A DNA stretch of 64,000 nt from the NCBI RefSeq assembly GCF_009914755.1, contig NC_060928.1. The stretch is one strand, 5' to 3'. A model generated the notes under the pieces. That model searched no databases. It worked only from the letters and a program-made list of their open reading frames with translations, and had not been told where the DNA came from. Source of the DNA: the human T2T-CHM13v2.0 reference genome, Homo sapiens. Each line of letters begins with the position of its first letter. Within the stretch, counting starts at the first letter, position 1. Positions 26,702-39,572 of the stretch are shown here, piece after piece. Made by a program: the position numbers and the translations under genes.

Positions 26702-27394
26702 ATTGGAGTGAGGGCAGAGGGGACAGCCTGCCAAAAGTCTTCCCCCACTCAATGGAGGAAGGAGGAAAGTACATTTTTCTTCCCGAAGTGTTCACCTAAA
26801 ATAGTACAGTGCACCTACTTCCTTTTCATGGCTTTGGGACCTGGGAGTGGAAAAATCAAAGCAGCTGGCATCTTTTACCTTTCTCTTAGTGCCCCCCCAT
26901 GTCTAGTCTTATCTTCCTTTCTAGGCATATGAGAGATTATTATTCCCACTCTTTTTTATGTAGAATGGGCCTTGTTACTATTTTTGAACAGCAGAATGGG
27001 AACAGAAGTGATTGAGGTCACCTTTTGGCTGTAGAGGGGAAACACCCATGTAGGATTCTTCAATGTCTCTCTCCTCCTATATGGATGATCATGGAGAACT
27101 TATGGGAATGATAAAACCATGAGATAGAAACATCCTGGTCCATGAAGCTTCTTGAGAAAGGACAGTGGCCTGAAAAACCACCAGACATTAGGAGACTCTG
27201 TAGTCTAGGAATTAGATGGAGACATTTGAGGTTATCTGTTACCATCCTAGATTATGATGCATGCTGGTTACTTCCCTCTTTCTCTTTTCACTTTCCCCAG
27301 AGCCAGAACAGGCTTGCTGCCTCCCTCTTGATATTTTTACATGTATAAAAGAGGCTCTCTGGTATATGGATTGAACAGGTAGAGCCTTAAGCAA

Positions 27395-27570
27395 CCACCT
27401 GCCCTTGGGTAAGTCACTAACCTCTTCTGTACTTCAATTTTCCCATCTGAAAATAAAAATATTGGATTCTTTATCTCATTAGTTTGTTAAAAGGGTCCAC
27501 GGATTATACATGAAAAGTGTTTGGAATAGTGCTTTGTACATGAAATGGGTTAATTGTAACTATTACTACT
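27395..27570 (+). mobile_element. MIR
   Basis: ccttgggtaagtcactaacctcttctgtacttcaattttcccatctg. Confidence 0.7.
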
Positions 27571-28099
27571 TTCTTAATGTGGAAATACTTAATCTGGTCT
27601 TCCAAGTCTGGCTTTCAAGCTTATTACCTCTCTCAGAAGGTCAAATCTTGGCCATTTCCTGTTTGGGGAAAATAAGACGTTAGGACTGCAGAAAACAAGA
27701 AAATTAAAAACACTGGTTTTGATATTTTAAAAATATCATTATTCATGTAAAAGCATCTGGAATATAAATGTAGTAAATAAATACCAGATATTATTAATAT
27801 TATTTTAGATTTCATCTGCTATTGAGTCTAGGGCTCCCCATGTTTTATGAGGATTGGCTCAGACATTGGTGGGGCTGAGTCTCTATGTGATAAACCTCTC
27901 TACAAATACTGCAGAGATAACAGTTCAGGCAACTCAGAGGTTTCATGATGTCCCTAGGTCCCCCTGCCTCATATGAGTTGGATCTGGAAACATTTCTATC
28001 TTCCAATTTCCTTTCCACCAGGAAGGACCAGGACATGGATAAGAAGAAGCTAATGTGGCATTCATCTCAGACAAAAAATCTAAGAGATCTCAAAAACAA

Positions 28100-28450
28100 A
28101 CAAAAAAACCTCAGTAATCAGGAAAAATAATATTATATATATATATTTAAAAAGTAATGCAAAATATTTCCATGATGATCAAAATATTGAAAGTTTAAAT
28201 AAAAGCTTGACCTACTAAGCAAACACTGTAGCCTGAGGCAAAAAGAAAAATCAGCAATACTCATCTCATTTTTTGTTTAAAATGTTGATGTTTTGCTCAT
28301 CATGGATGATTGGCCTCAGTTTTTATTTTTTTCAAATATTGCATTGAAATATTATTTACTTTGATAACACACACACACACACATATGTATCCCCTTAATT
28401 TTGTGCCCAAGACGAATGCCGCATTCACCCTGACCTTAGTCCTTGCTCTT
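28100..28450. mobile_element. MER96B-like hAT remnant
   Basis: Terminal ccccttaattttgtgcccaagacgaatgcc..caccctgaccttagtccttgctct resembles the MER96 TIR region; left boundary uncertain. Confidence 0.5.
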
Positions 28451-29339
28451 CCACTAAATCATCCTTTTACTATGAAAATGTAGATTTGTGCCTCTAAGTA
28501 ATCACGCTGGCTTTAAACAAAGTAGAAAAAAACAAACGAAACAACAACAACAAAACATGTTCTAGTCCTCAAGTCATGCAGTTGGAAAGAAAAGTAGAAA
28601 GCAAAGAAGAATAAACTCTATCTTATCTCACTGTTGTTTTGGCACACTCCATGCAAGTTTTCAGGACAATGGATTATTTTCTCTTTTGAGCTTTCAGACA
28701 GCTCGGATAGCAGGGTGCCTATTCTCTATCAGAGGAAAAGAAGAAAATACAGCTCTTCTTGCATTTGGAGAAGTGCAGTTAAAAACTAACAGTCATGATA
28801 GATTTCTCTCAACATCCACTGTTGTGAACTGAATTATGCAGCCTCATAAGCTGTAACTGAGTTATAAATTAACTCCTGGAGCCATGAGGATGTTCATTTA
28901 ACGTCTATAATGTTTGGGTTTTTCCGTAGGAGGAATTCGGGGCTAGTGTACAGGTTCTACTTTTCAGCTCCAGTGTGGAAAAGAAAGAAAATGGAAAATA
29001 GGGAAAAAGCCTCAATAAGGAGGTAATTTCAGGCCCCCTTATAATTGAAATTGCAATGATTAATTCAGCTCAGCACTTAAACACGGTCTATAGCTGAAGT
29101 GCCCCCACGCTGGCCAAGCTAATTATCTCTGCCCACGTGGTGGCTGTAAGAGTGGGTACAGTGGAAGCTGACAGTGAATTCATTTTGGAGCATCAACCCA
29201 GGAGCACAGATTGGAATCAGTTAGACTTATGGGCCCAGGAAGAAATAAAGGGAAAGAAGGGAATTTAAAAGAGGCCATAAAGAAATGGCCTCTAAATTAC
29301 AATTTGAATCAAATCACTGTTTTGTATTTCACATGTGTA

Positions 29340-29710
29340 AATGCATTTATGTATTCAAAACACATTTGCTGAGAGCACACTCTCACCTAGGCACAGTGTA
29401 GGATACCGAGCATGTGATGCTCAGCAAAGACCCATGGAAGCCCTGCCTTCACAAAGCTTACAGGATATTAGAGATGGCAAATGATGATAAAATAACACAA
29501 AGTAGGAGAAGAATTATAAAACATAGAAGATGCAAGAGGCAAGGTATAAGATGTTATGAGAGTAGATAATGGGCCCCGTCCTAGGCCAAGGGGCTAGGAA
29601 AGGTTTCTCTGAAAAAGTGGCATTTGAGTTGTGATGTAAGTATTAAGTAGAAAAGAAAATGAGGATTATTTTCTAGGCAAAAGAATGAGCATGCACCTAA
29701 CATAGTGGCT
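29340..29710 (-). mobile_element. L2 3' fragment
   Basis: catttatgtattcaaaacacatttgctgag..ctaggcacagtg..ccctgccttcacaaagctta..gaaaggtttctctgaaaaagtggcatttgag. Confidence 0.7.
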
Positions 29711-29855
29711 AATATTAAGTACTTTTGAGGAAAACTATGTGGATCATTTCTGAAATCATTTCTGAAAGAAGACAAGTAAAATCAGTGAGGTTAAATACTT
29801 CTATGTTTGGTGAGTAAGTGGTATAGATCTGCCTCATTCAAAAGCCAATGGTTCT

Positions 29856-30945
29856 ATATACAAGTGAGATGATATAATATTTGTTTTTCTGTGTCTGGTT
29901 AATTTCACTTAGCATGATGTCTTTCAGTTTTATCCATGTTTTTACAAGTGCTAGAATTTCCTTTTTATGGCTAAGTAATATTCCTCTTTGTATACATATA
30001 TATTCAAACACACACAAACACACACATCGTGTTTTCCATCTTTGCTATTCTGAATAATGCTGTAATGAAAACAGAAGTCCAGATACCTTTTTGAGGTACT
30101 CATTTCATTTCCTTTGGATATATACCCAGCAGTGCAATCGCTGTATCATAAAGTAGGTCTAATTTTGTTTTTTTGAGGAGCTGCCACATTATTTTCCATA
30201 ATGGCTATACCAATTTACATTGTTGCTAACAGCGTAAAAAGGCTCCAGTTTCTTTCCACCCTCACGGACAGTTGTTATCACTTGTCTTTTTGATAACAGC
30301 CATCCTAAGCCGTATGAATGATCTCACTCATCTGTGAAATGTAAAAATGTCCAGCTCATAGAAGCCAAATGTAGAATGATGGTTGCCCTGGGGCACCACC
30401 CAGGGACATGTTGGTCAAAGGTTGGACATGATTTGGCTCTGCGTCCCCACCAAAATCTCACCTTGAATTGTAATCTCCATAATCCCCACATGTCAAGGGT
30501 GGGACCAGGTGGAGGTAACTGAATCATGGGGGCAGTGTCCCCCACGCTGTTCTCGTGATAATGAGTGAGTCAGGCATTTCCCCTGCTTGCGCTCATTTCT
30601 CTCTCCTGCTACTGTGAGACAAGGTGCCTTCCACCATGATTGTAAGTTTCCTGTGGCCTCCTCAGCCACATGGAACTGCAAGTCAATTAAACTTCCTTTT
30701 CTTATAAATTACCCAGTCTTGGGTATTTCTTCACAGAAGCGTGAGAATGGATTAATACTGGGCACAGACTTTCAGTTATAAGATGAGCAAGTTCCGGAGT
30801 TCTAATGGACAGTATGAAGTGATGGATGTGTTCATTTGATTGCAGTAACCATTACACTATGTATACATATATCAAATCATCACATTGTAAGCTTGAATAT
30901 ATTCAAGATGTAGTTGACCATTAAATATTTTGCTTTTTTTTTTTT
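29856..30945 (+). mobile_element. L1MA-type 3' end with 5' inversion (29856-~30325 antisense, ~30320-30945 sense), interrupted by THE1D
   Basis: Antisense tttttctgtgtctggttaatttcacttagc..tttggatatatacccagcagtg; sense ctcatagaagc..gttggtcaaagg|..tttcagttataagatga..tatcaaatcatcacattgta; degenerate TSD aaagccaatggttct / aaggccaatgttttct. Confidence 0.8.
30424..30759 (+). mobile_element. THE1D-type MaLR solo LTR
   Basis: tttggctctgcgtccccaccaaaatctcaccttgaattgtaat..ggcatttcccctgc..ataaattacccagtcttgggtat..attaatact. Confidence 0.9.
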
Positions 30946-31799
30946 TAAGGCCAATGTTTTCTCCATGCCTTTTCTTCATGAGCAATGGGTCATTAGGAAA
31001 ATGTTCTAACTGGAAAATTTGATGTCAGTGTTCTCTGCTGAGGAAGAGGACATCTACCTCATGGCCTTGTTACTTTATTTAATCATGTTTCTGTGAAAAT
31101 CTGCAAAGAAAGCCCTGCCCTCACAGTTGATTCTGTAATAATCTCAATATCAAATAAGGTTGGTGTTCTGAATATCTCTCTCCTACCTGACTCTACAATA
31201 CTGAAATAAGATAATGTTCTCTTCTGTATTGACACCAACAGTTCATGTTATTAAAATTAGAAAAATATTTCGTAACTCAAAATAGTCTCCACCTGCATTA
31301 AATCTTGGCCTCTGACTGGGTCTTTAACTCTGCTTTATCCACTGTTCTGGGCTTGGGGGCCTCATCTCCTATGATGCGTCTTTGGATAGAGTGTGCATTT
31401 CTATGTCCAGATAGCAAGTATCGCCTTGAATCTGTTTTTACTTTTTCAAAATCCTTTTCTGGGGCAACTGCTGACTTCCCAACAAAATGAACAGTGAGCA
31501 CTGTCACACTGAAATACTTTATTAATGGGATTTATATCAGATATTTAAAGCAAGTACTGGAGCAAATGGCTCTTTTACAAATGCAAAATAAGCAGGTTGG
31601 CATGGTATGGTTGGATCATCCAATCCAATATTATTTGAGTCATATCTGAATTCTCTCTTAAATGTCTTACGCTGGGAGGCATAGGACTTCTTCCCTTGCA
31701 ATAAATCCTATGTAGCTCTGACCATTCATTACTTATTATGAATAATTGAAGCTTTTTCTTTGTCATTTAAACACATTGTTCCTAATTTTGCTTCTTTGG

Positions 31800-31915
31800 T
31801 TTCCTCAAAACAAGTGTCTTTCCATGTGACACTCCATCAGATCTTTAAAGAACAACTATTGTATCTTCTACCATCTTCTCTTTTCTAGGCTAAATACTTC
31901 TAGTTTTTTTCAACA
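31800..31915 (-). mobile_element. L3/CR1 fragment
   Basis: Reverse complement tttagcctagaaaagagaaga..atagttgttctttaaagatctga..tgtcacatggaa resembles the CR1/L3 ORF2 3' end. Confidence 0.6.
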
Positions 31916-32349
31916 TAATTCTCTCCAAGCACACCAATCAATACTCACTTTCCTTATACCCATAAGATTAAAGGGGGAATATAAGAGACAGCTCTTCAAT
32001 TAAATAATAGCCACATCCTCTCTATCTCAGAGAAAAGGGTTAAGTTTTCATAGAAAGCTACTCTTATTGTTCCTTCACAATCCAACCTCCTTATTAACGA
32101 GGTCTCATTCATGGTTTAAAAATATCTCATTTGGACAATTTCTTTCATTAAGTGCAGTAATTAAATGCACTCATTAATGTCATTAAGAGTATGAGGGTAT
32201 TTCTTATAATAAATTTGTATGGATCCGGGACATAATGTGCCTGAGTTTAGGATAAATGGAAATAAGAGACAACATCAATCTTCAAATCCCTGAACTGAAA
32301 AGTAATTCATCTTGCAAATGCTGTAGTGTCTGTTTAATCAGAAAAGTTA

Positions 32350-32700
32350 ATTTAGACCAGGTCTGGGATCCAGCCTTAGGTTGTACAACTTTACTTTAGG
32401 TAGGACTTAGGCAAACTAGTGCCTATTCAGAGAAAATCACTTGGGCTATCCAAGAGATTTGAGCATGGAGCCTTTTTCTGTTTGGTTCAGTGTTGTTCAC
32501 CTTGTGTCTATCAGATTGTCCAGCACATAGTAGGTAGTCAAAGGTAAAAGTCAATGAATTAAAGACACTTAGTTCCTACATGTGGGAATAATCAAACATG
32601 TCAAGAAAATTATCTTTGGGAAGAGATGATTCAGACAGAACATGGTAATGACCTTTAAGTGTCTGAAGTGCTGTCTTTTGGGAAAGAATTTATTTTGGTC
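32350..32700 (+). mobile_element. L3/CR1 fragment with an internal L2 tail
   Basis: ggcaaactagtgcctattcagag..acatggtaatgacctttaagtgtctgaagtgctgtc; L2-like cagcacatagtaggtagtcaa inside. Confidence 0.5.
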
Positions 32701-33049
32701 AAAATTTCCTCAAGAAATGTTTTAACAAAATCTTTCACATAAAAAAAACTATAATTGGTGAAATATATGTTTGTATATAAACATACATAATGTTATACAT
32801 AATATTCTTATATATATGAATATAGAGCAGAAAAAAAGACACTTTGTTTTCTGTCCTCCAAAGGTAATGAAGAGTTGAGAGTTTATCTTGTTAATCTCAA
32901 CTAATGGATACCAGATTAACGAGTAGAAGCTAGAAAAAAATTAAGTGTTGACTTCATGAAAAAACAAACAAACAAAACCTTCGTCATTTCCCCATAACTT
33001 TCTTTTGTTTGTCTAGAAAGATTTTCATGGTCACCTTCTTTTCTCAAAC

Positions 33050-33650
33050 TAGCCATATCTCATCAGTCTGTCTGTAAAACTGTTACTCATCCTTTAAGAC
33101 TCAATTTAGGCTGGTGCAGTGGCTCATATCTGTAATCCCAGCATTTTGGGAGGCAAAAAGGGAGGATTGCTTGAGCCCAGGAGGTCAAGACAAGCCTGGG
33201 CACATACCAAGACCCTTATCTCTACAAAAAAAAATTAGCTGGGCATGGGGGTGCAAGCCTGTAGTCCCAGCTACTTGGGAGGCTGAGGTGGGAGAATCAC
33301 CTGAGCACAGGAGTTGGAGTCTACAATGAACTATGATTGTGTCACTGCACTATAGCCTGGGTGATAGAGTAAGATTCCATTTCTATTAAAAAAAAAAAAG
33401 ACTCAATTTAATGATCACCTCTTCTGAGAAGCCTTCCCTGACTTTCCAGAAGGACTCCTGCTGGTGTCCCTCTATATTGTCCATGCTGTGTTCCACAACA
33501 CCATCTTGTGTCATAATTGTTTGCAATTCTGTTTCCCATACCAGGCAGAGCTTCAGGTACCTGGTTGTACTTCCTGAGCCTCTCAAGGTTCTGGGTAAAA
33601 AAAGTTGCTCAATAATATGACTATTGCCTGATGAATAACTGAATGAACGG
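33050..33650 (+). mobile_element. L2 3' fragment (host of the AluJ)
   Basis: tactcatcctttaagactcaattt|aatgatcacctcttctgagaagccttccctgac..tgctcaataa..gaatgaa. Confidence 0.75.
33109..33397 (+). mobile_element. AluJ inserted into an L2
   Basis: J diagnostics ggaggattgcttgagcccagg, agcctgggcacata; 13-bp TSD aagactcaattta (33096-33108, 33398-33410). Confidence 0.92.
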
Positions 33651-34123
33651 TTGCTTGAAGAAAGATAGTGGTGGAAAATCGAAAGCAAGGTGTGTGCGGA
33701 GTTGGGAGGTGGGGGGCAGAAGATGGGTGTTACTGGCAAAAACTGCAAGGCTTTCTATGACTTAGCCCTGGAAACCACATATGGCCACATTCACTTGTGC
33801 ACGGCATTCTTTTGCTCACAAATTAGTCACAGGGCCAGCCAGATACGAGAGGAGAGGACTACAGAAGAGTTCAATCACTGGAAGGCATGAATCACTGGAG
33901 AGTTGTCTTTGGAGACAAGTTATCATGGTTTCCTCTTCTACATACAATAAGGTGTTTAAGAAGATTATAACAAATTATCTGATATTATTTTTTATTGCTT
34001 CAAAAATTGTCTATTTTAAATTATTTAAAGAATTATGGAACTTTTCACTTTTATCTATATCTTGAATTTGATCTTATGTGGACAATCTTCCTTTTTTCTC
34101 TCCTTGGCACAAAACCATCTATC

Positions 34124-34344
34124 CAGAGGTCACCAAACTTGTTTTTGTAAAGGGCCAAATAGACAGTAAATATATTAGGCTTTGTGGGTGATGAGGTCTT
34201 GGTTGCAACTCCTCAATTCTGTACTTGTAGCAGCCATAGATAATACTTGGAAGAACAAGTGTGGCTGTATTTCAATGAAACTGTATATATAAAAACAGGT
34301 GGTGGGCTGGATTTGCCCCCTGGCCTTTAAGTTGCTGATCCCTG
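34124..34344 (+). mobile_element. MER58A (hAT-Charlie MITE)
   Basis: cagaggtcaccaaac..tgtaaagggccaaatag..taaatatattaggctttgtggg..gggctggatttg..gttgctgatccctg. Confidence 0.85.
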
Positions 34345-35419
34345 AAATAACCTACAATATAGTAACTTTCACTCAAATGCCAAGAGATATACTTTTCTAT
34401 CTGTAATAACAACAACAATGACAAAACCCTGTGGAGAAAAAACAGCAATAACAACAAAACTTTCCCAGGGCCAACTGAAGCCAATCACGATTTTAAAACA
34501 TGACTTTTATAACAAAATCTAAACAGTTATAAGCACATCATGAGAGACACTGTTAATAATGGATATTTTGTGCTGAGCAGCACTATAAATAATAGACTAA
34601 TGATGACCTTATTTTATATCTACAATTTCTCCAGTATTTCTGTTTCTAATTTATCTTCCATAAGAGTTGAAGATAGAGCCAAAGTATTACCTGAAAGTGA
34701 CATGATTGTAGGAGTGTTGCCAGCATGGAAAGCTGAAAATGCCTTCTGAGCAACCGAGAGCCCCAGATTGTGAGGGTATGTCCAAAGGTTATTTTTTACG
34801 AAATGGGAGCTCAAAACTCTATAAATCAATTTTAATGAAATAAACATTTATTTTCTTCAGGTTCTAATCTTGAAATAGGTTCAGATTCTGGGCCTGGAGA
34901 AAGACAGATTGCATACACCAACAGCACAAGGTCAGAGTGAAATCTTCTCCATTTGAGTCTCTCCCTGAAGCTTGATGACTTGAGGATTTTGATATTTCGT
35001 TTACCCTTTCATATTGCCTGGCTAGGTCCTGGAGGTTCAGGTTTGAACAAGCCTCAGTGAAGGCCAATGATTTTCTGAGGACATTTGCAAAGTAACAAGT
35101 ATTTCGTGATATGGATGCAGAAAGAAACTGATATTATTTCTTAAATATATAAATAATATACCCAATTCTTAGAATGATATATTGAGTACTGTAAACCTCT
35201 TTGATGAAAAATTAAAAGAGTAAAGTGTTGAATTTTGGAAAGGCTGGATTATCTATCTCTATTTATTTATTTATTGTCATACTCCATGTCTAATGATATT
35301 TTTTCCTCTTTTTCATTTGTCTGGATGGCCATATCTACACACCATGTGTGAATCACTATCCTGCATGAATACTGAACATAGGAAGTCTTAGATTTAGATG
35401 CTAACAGGTACCATACAGG

Positions 35420-35422
<3 letters not shown>

Positions 35423-35460
<38 letters not shown>

Positions 35461-35482
35461 TATATGTTTATATTTATATTAT
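35423..35482. repeat. (TA)n microsatellite
   Basis: Direct reading of the TA array. Confidence 0.9.
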
Positions 35483-36052
35483 CGTATTAGGGTTCTCCAG
35501 AGGGACAGAACTAATAGGATATACATATATATCCTATTAGTGTGTGTGTGTGTGTGTGTGTGTATGTAGGATATGTATATATACACACACACATATATGT
35601 GTGTATGTATCCTATATGTGTATCCTATATATATCCTATACACACACACACACAAATATATATGAGTTTATTAAGGAGTATTAAACTCATACAATCAGAA
35701 GGTCCCATAATAGGCCTTCTGAAAACTGAGGAGCAAGGAAGCCAGTCCAAGTCCCAAAGCTGAAGAACTTGGAGTTTGATGTTTGAGCCCAGGAAGCATC
35801 CAGCACTGGAGAAAGATGTAGACTGGGAGGCTAAGCCAGTCTTGCCTTTTCACATTTTTCTGCCTGCTTTATATTCTAGCCACACTGGCAGCTGATTAGA
35901 TGGTGCTCACCAAGATTAAGGGTGGGTCTGCCTTTTTCAGCCCACTGACTCAAATGGTAACCTCCTTTGGTAACACCCTCACAGACACACCCAGGATCAA
36001 TACTTTGCATCCTTCAATCCAATCAAGTTGACATTCAGTATTAACCATTACA
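35483..36052 (-). mobile_element. MLT2A (HERV-L) solo LTR with internal TA/TG/CA microsatellite
   Basis: gtattagggttctccagagggacagaactaatagga..gaagaacttggag..caatcaagttgacattcagtattaaccattaca. Confidence 0.92.
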
Positions 36053-36640
36053 ATTTTATATATATATATCTCCCAGGCAAAAAAAGTCTATTTGGAGGTC
36101 ACCAAACTTGTTTTGACACTAGTCTTTATTCAACACTAGTCCTTAGATTAATGAAGAACTGAAGAATACAGAAAATGCTGGAGATGGTGGGCCCTAGAGA
36201 GACTGTGCCTAATCTGAGGGATGGGCTGCTGCTAGTTAACTCAGCTAATTATATCTTGTGGGGCTGAAGACCAGAGATTTTGTTTCTTTTTAGTGTGAAA
36301 AAGAAACTGTATTTCCCAATTATAAAGAAAAAATTATTAATTTTTGAATAAATATTTTAAAATAACCCCTCATTGGCCAAATATGACATGTTTGCACCAT
36401 GAGACATTGCACCAGACTTGCACCATGGGACATTGATTGGTGACCACTGTTGGAATCTTCATGTGGAGAAGCATCTCACCTGCTTTATTCACTGCTGCAT
36501 TATTGCAATTAACAGAGTGAGTAGAACATGGAAGGTGCTCAGCAAATAATTGCTGAATGAATGAACAAATGAGTAAATTATGATTGTGAAGGGACTCTTG
36601 TATAAAGCTTAATCTTAAGTGGAGTCAGAATATTAATTTA

Positions 36641-37485
36641 TGTATCAGTTAGCATTGCTGCATAACAAACCACCCCAAAATTTTGTGGCTGAAAGCAGCA
36701 ACCAGTTATTTGCTCATGATTCTGTGATATGGCAAATTAGGCATGTGCTATGGTCTGAATGCATCCCCCAAAATGTCTTGAAACTTAATGGCCAGTGTGA
36801 CACTATTAAGAGCTCAGGCCTTTGAGGAGGTAATTAAGTCATGAGGGCAAAGCCCTCATGGATAGGATTAGAGTTCTTATAAAAGGCCTTGAGGGAGTGG
36901 GTTAGCAATCTTCTGCTCTTCCTCCATGTGAGAACAAGGAATTGGAGGCACTATCTTGGAAGCACAGAGCCAAGTCCTTCACCAGACACCAAACTTCCTG
37001 GTGCCTTGACCTTGGATTTCCCAGCCTCCAGAACTGTGAGAAAATAAACTGTTGTTCTTTATAAATAACCCAATCTCAGGCATTTTGTTTTAGCAGCACA
37101 AATGGACTGAGACAGCATGACTCAGCTGAAACAGCTTATGGCAGCATTGTTTGGTATTTGATGGGATTATTGCTGCATTTATCATCAGATGGCAGATTCT
37201 CTGAGAGCTGGCTACTCCTGGATACCCTATTCACAGCACTGAGGCAATCAGCTAAAAGGCTTCCACATGACCTCTCCATCATAATAGAATTTACATGGCA
37301 ACTGAGCTTTAAAAGGGCGTGCAAGCACTTACCAAGCCTCTATTTGCATCACATTTGATACCTTCTCCATGGGCCAAAGCAAGTCATATGGCAGACCACT
37401 GATTCAGTGTGGAAGGGGGTTGCACAAGGTTGTGAATATCAAAAAATGTGATTTGTTGAGGGTGATTTATGTATTAATCCACTAT
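36641..37485 (-). mobile_element. Old MLT1 LTR split by an MSTD/MLT1A-type LTR
   Basis: tgtatcagttagcattgctgcataacaaaccaccccaaaa..tttgctcatgattctg; resumes ..ggccaaagcaagtcatatggc. Confidence 0.7.
36746..37114 (+). mobile_element. MSTD/MLT1A-type MaLR solo LTR
   Basis: tgctatggtctgaatg..ccagcctccagaactgtgag..gcagcacaaatggactgagaca; perfect 5-bp TSD gcatg (36741-36745, 37115-37119). Confidence 0.88.
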
Positions 37486-38409
37486 ACGGGTAATAGTATC
37501 TTTAAAAAAAGAAAACATACTACCATATATGCGATAAATACTGTTTTTAAGGAATTAGGAACAGAATTTCTTCCTAGGGTAAAAAGACACATAATTTCAG
37601 TGTCAGCTTCCTCTCTCTCTGGAATAACTCAATCGTAATGGATGGAAAGCAATGTTTGGTCCATCTATTGCTCTTTTCCGAATAGACTATAAACACTTCT
37701 TACCTTTTTATTGCAGGTTGTCATATGGCACCAAGCTTTGTTTTGATGCTGATGTCAATGTTGATTTTTATTTATTCTGAGACATTGTTCCTCTATGCAA
37801 GGAAATAAGACCTCTAACTCATTTTACATAGGTCGCTGAACAGCCAGCAGACAGTAATGACCCTCTATTGACCTCATCAGGGAGGATTTGAACTGATAAA
37901 GTATGGGTGAAGGATTATTTATCCTATTAGTCTGGGGATACTTATTTCCTATGTCTAAAGAGCATATTTCACCCCATATGAGCTACATTAAATACATGTA
38001 CTTTTTTGTAGACATAATGGAAAGACTGTGTTTTCTCTTCCCAGTATAATGAAGAATTTAAGGCCAAACTAAATAAGGGGGGGAAAAAATTAACCCTGGA
38101 GCAGGTTTTTGATAGGTAAGGACACCAATTGCCACATATTTATAGCTGCTCATTTATTCAATACATGTTGATTGACTGAGTTGGGCACTAATAATATATA
38201 AATAAGAATGCTTTGTTCACATCTTCAATTATGTGGAATCGACACTTACATGAAGAAGCAGTCAGTGGACTAGAGGATAGATAAGTGTTCTGGGGTTTGG
38301 AATCTGTTTTCTATATACTGACTTTTAAAGCAAAATCACTGTTTGATCTTGAGTAATTAATTTCACTTTTTGAGAAGACTGGCTTTTAACTGCAAGAGAA
38401 CATTTATTG

Positions 38410-38620
38410 TATGCCTATCATATTTTTCATGTGTTCTAATTTAATTTTCACAATACTCTTACAAGAATGACAGTTTTATTTCTGCCTTGTAGATAAATGT
38501 ATTGGGGCTTAGAAATATTTAAAATTCTGAAGAATAGCACTCAGCTAATAAGTAGCAAAGCTGGCATTTGAAACCCAGTTTGGTCTGGCTTTAGTGGCTG
38601 TCTGCTGTTTATACAACCAT
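38410..38620 (-). mobile_element. MIR
   Basis: cagctaataagtagcaaagctggcatttgaaacccagtttggtctggc. Confidence 0.65.
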
Positions 38621-38668
38621 GCTTCTTCCCATTGACTGCAGAGATTCTAAGATACTATTAAAAATTCA

Positions 38669-38964
<296 letters not shown>

Positions 38965-39572
38965 CTCTTGCCTGATTTAGTCTCATCAACACTGGAGCTT
39001 GTTCCAGGGTTAGTGCAAGTAAATGTACCTGATCTAGCTCTGCCTTGGAATCACTGGCTACCAAACAAAAGGTAATAGGATTAGATATTTTTTATTTTAT
39101 ATTAGTACCCCAATATTAGTTACAGTAGGCTAAGTAATGCTGCAGTATCATCAATATATACCCCCAAATTTTAGTGTCTTAACACTACAAAAGTTGATTT
39201 TTTTTTTTTGCTCGCATTACATGACTCGCATGGGTTGATGATGTGTCTCATTCAGACAGTTACAAAAGCACCATCTTCTAACCGCCCCATGCACAATCCA
39301 TGGTTTTCTTTCAGAGAAAGAGGAGATGATACAAGTGCATTTCTAGGTGACTGCTTCAAAGTGATACATGCCATTTATGATTATATTTTATCAACTAAAA
39401 CTGGTTTCAGGTTTTAACCAACTGCGGGATAACAGAGAATTACTATCATTTGTGTGCTTGGAAAGGGAAAAGAAAAAAAATACTGGTGAATATTAGTTAT
39501 GCCTGACTGCCAAAAATCCAAAACATAACCAAAAATAGACTTCTTTTGCTACTTTCCAGAAAGCTAGGAATA

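Noticed and set aside
36392-36435. Short imperfect direct repeats (ttgcaccat..gacattg); similar small duplications near 7153, 29743, 51978 and 53261
   Set aside because: Ordinary slippage-type micro-duplications with no higher-order pattern
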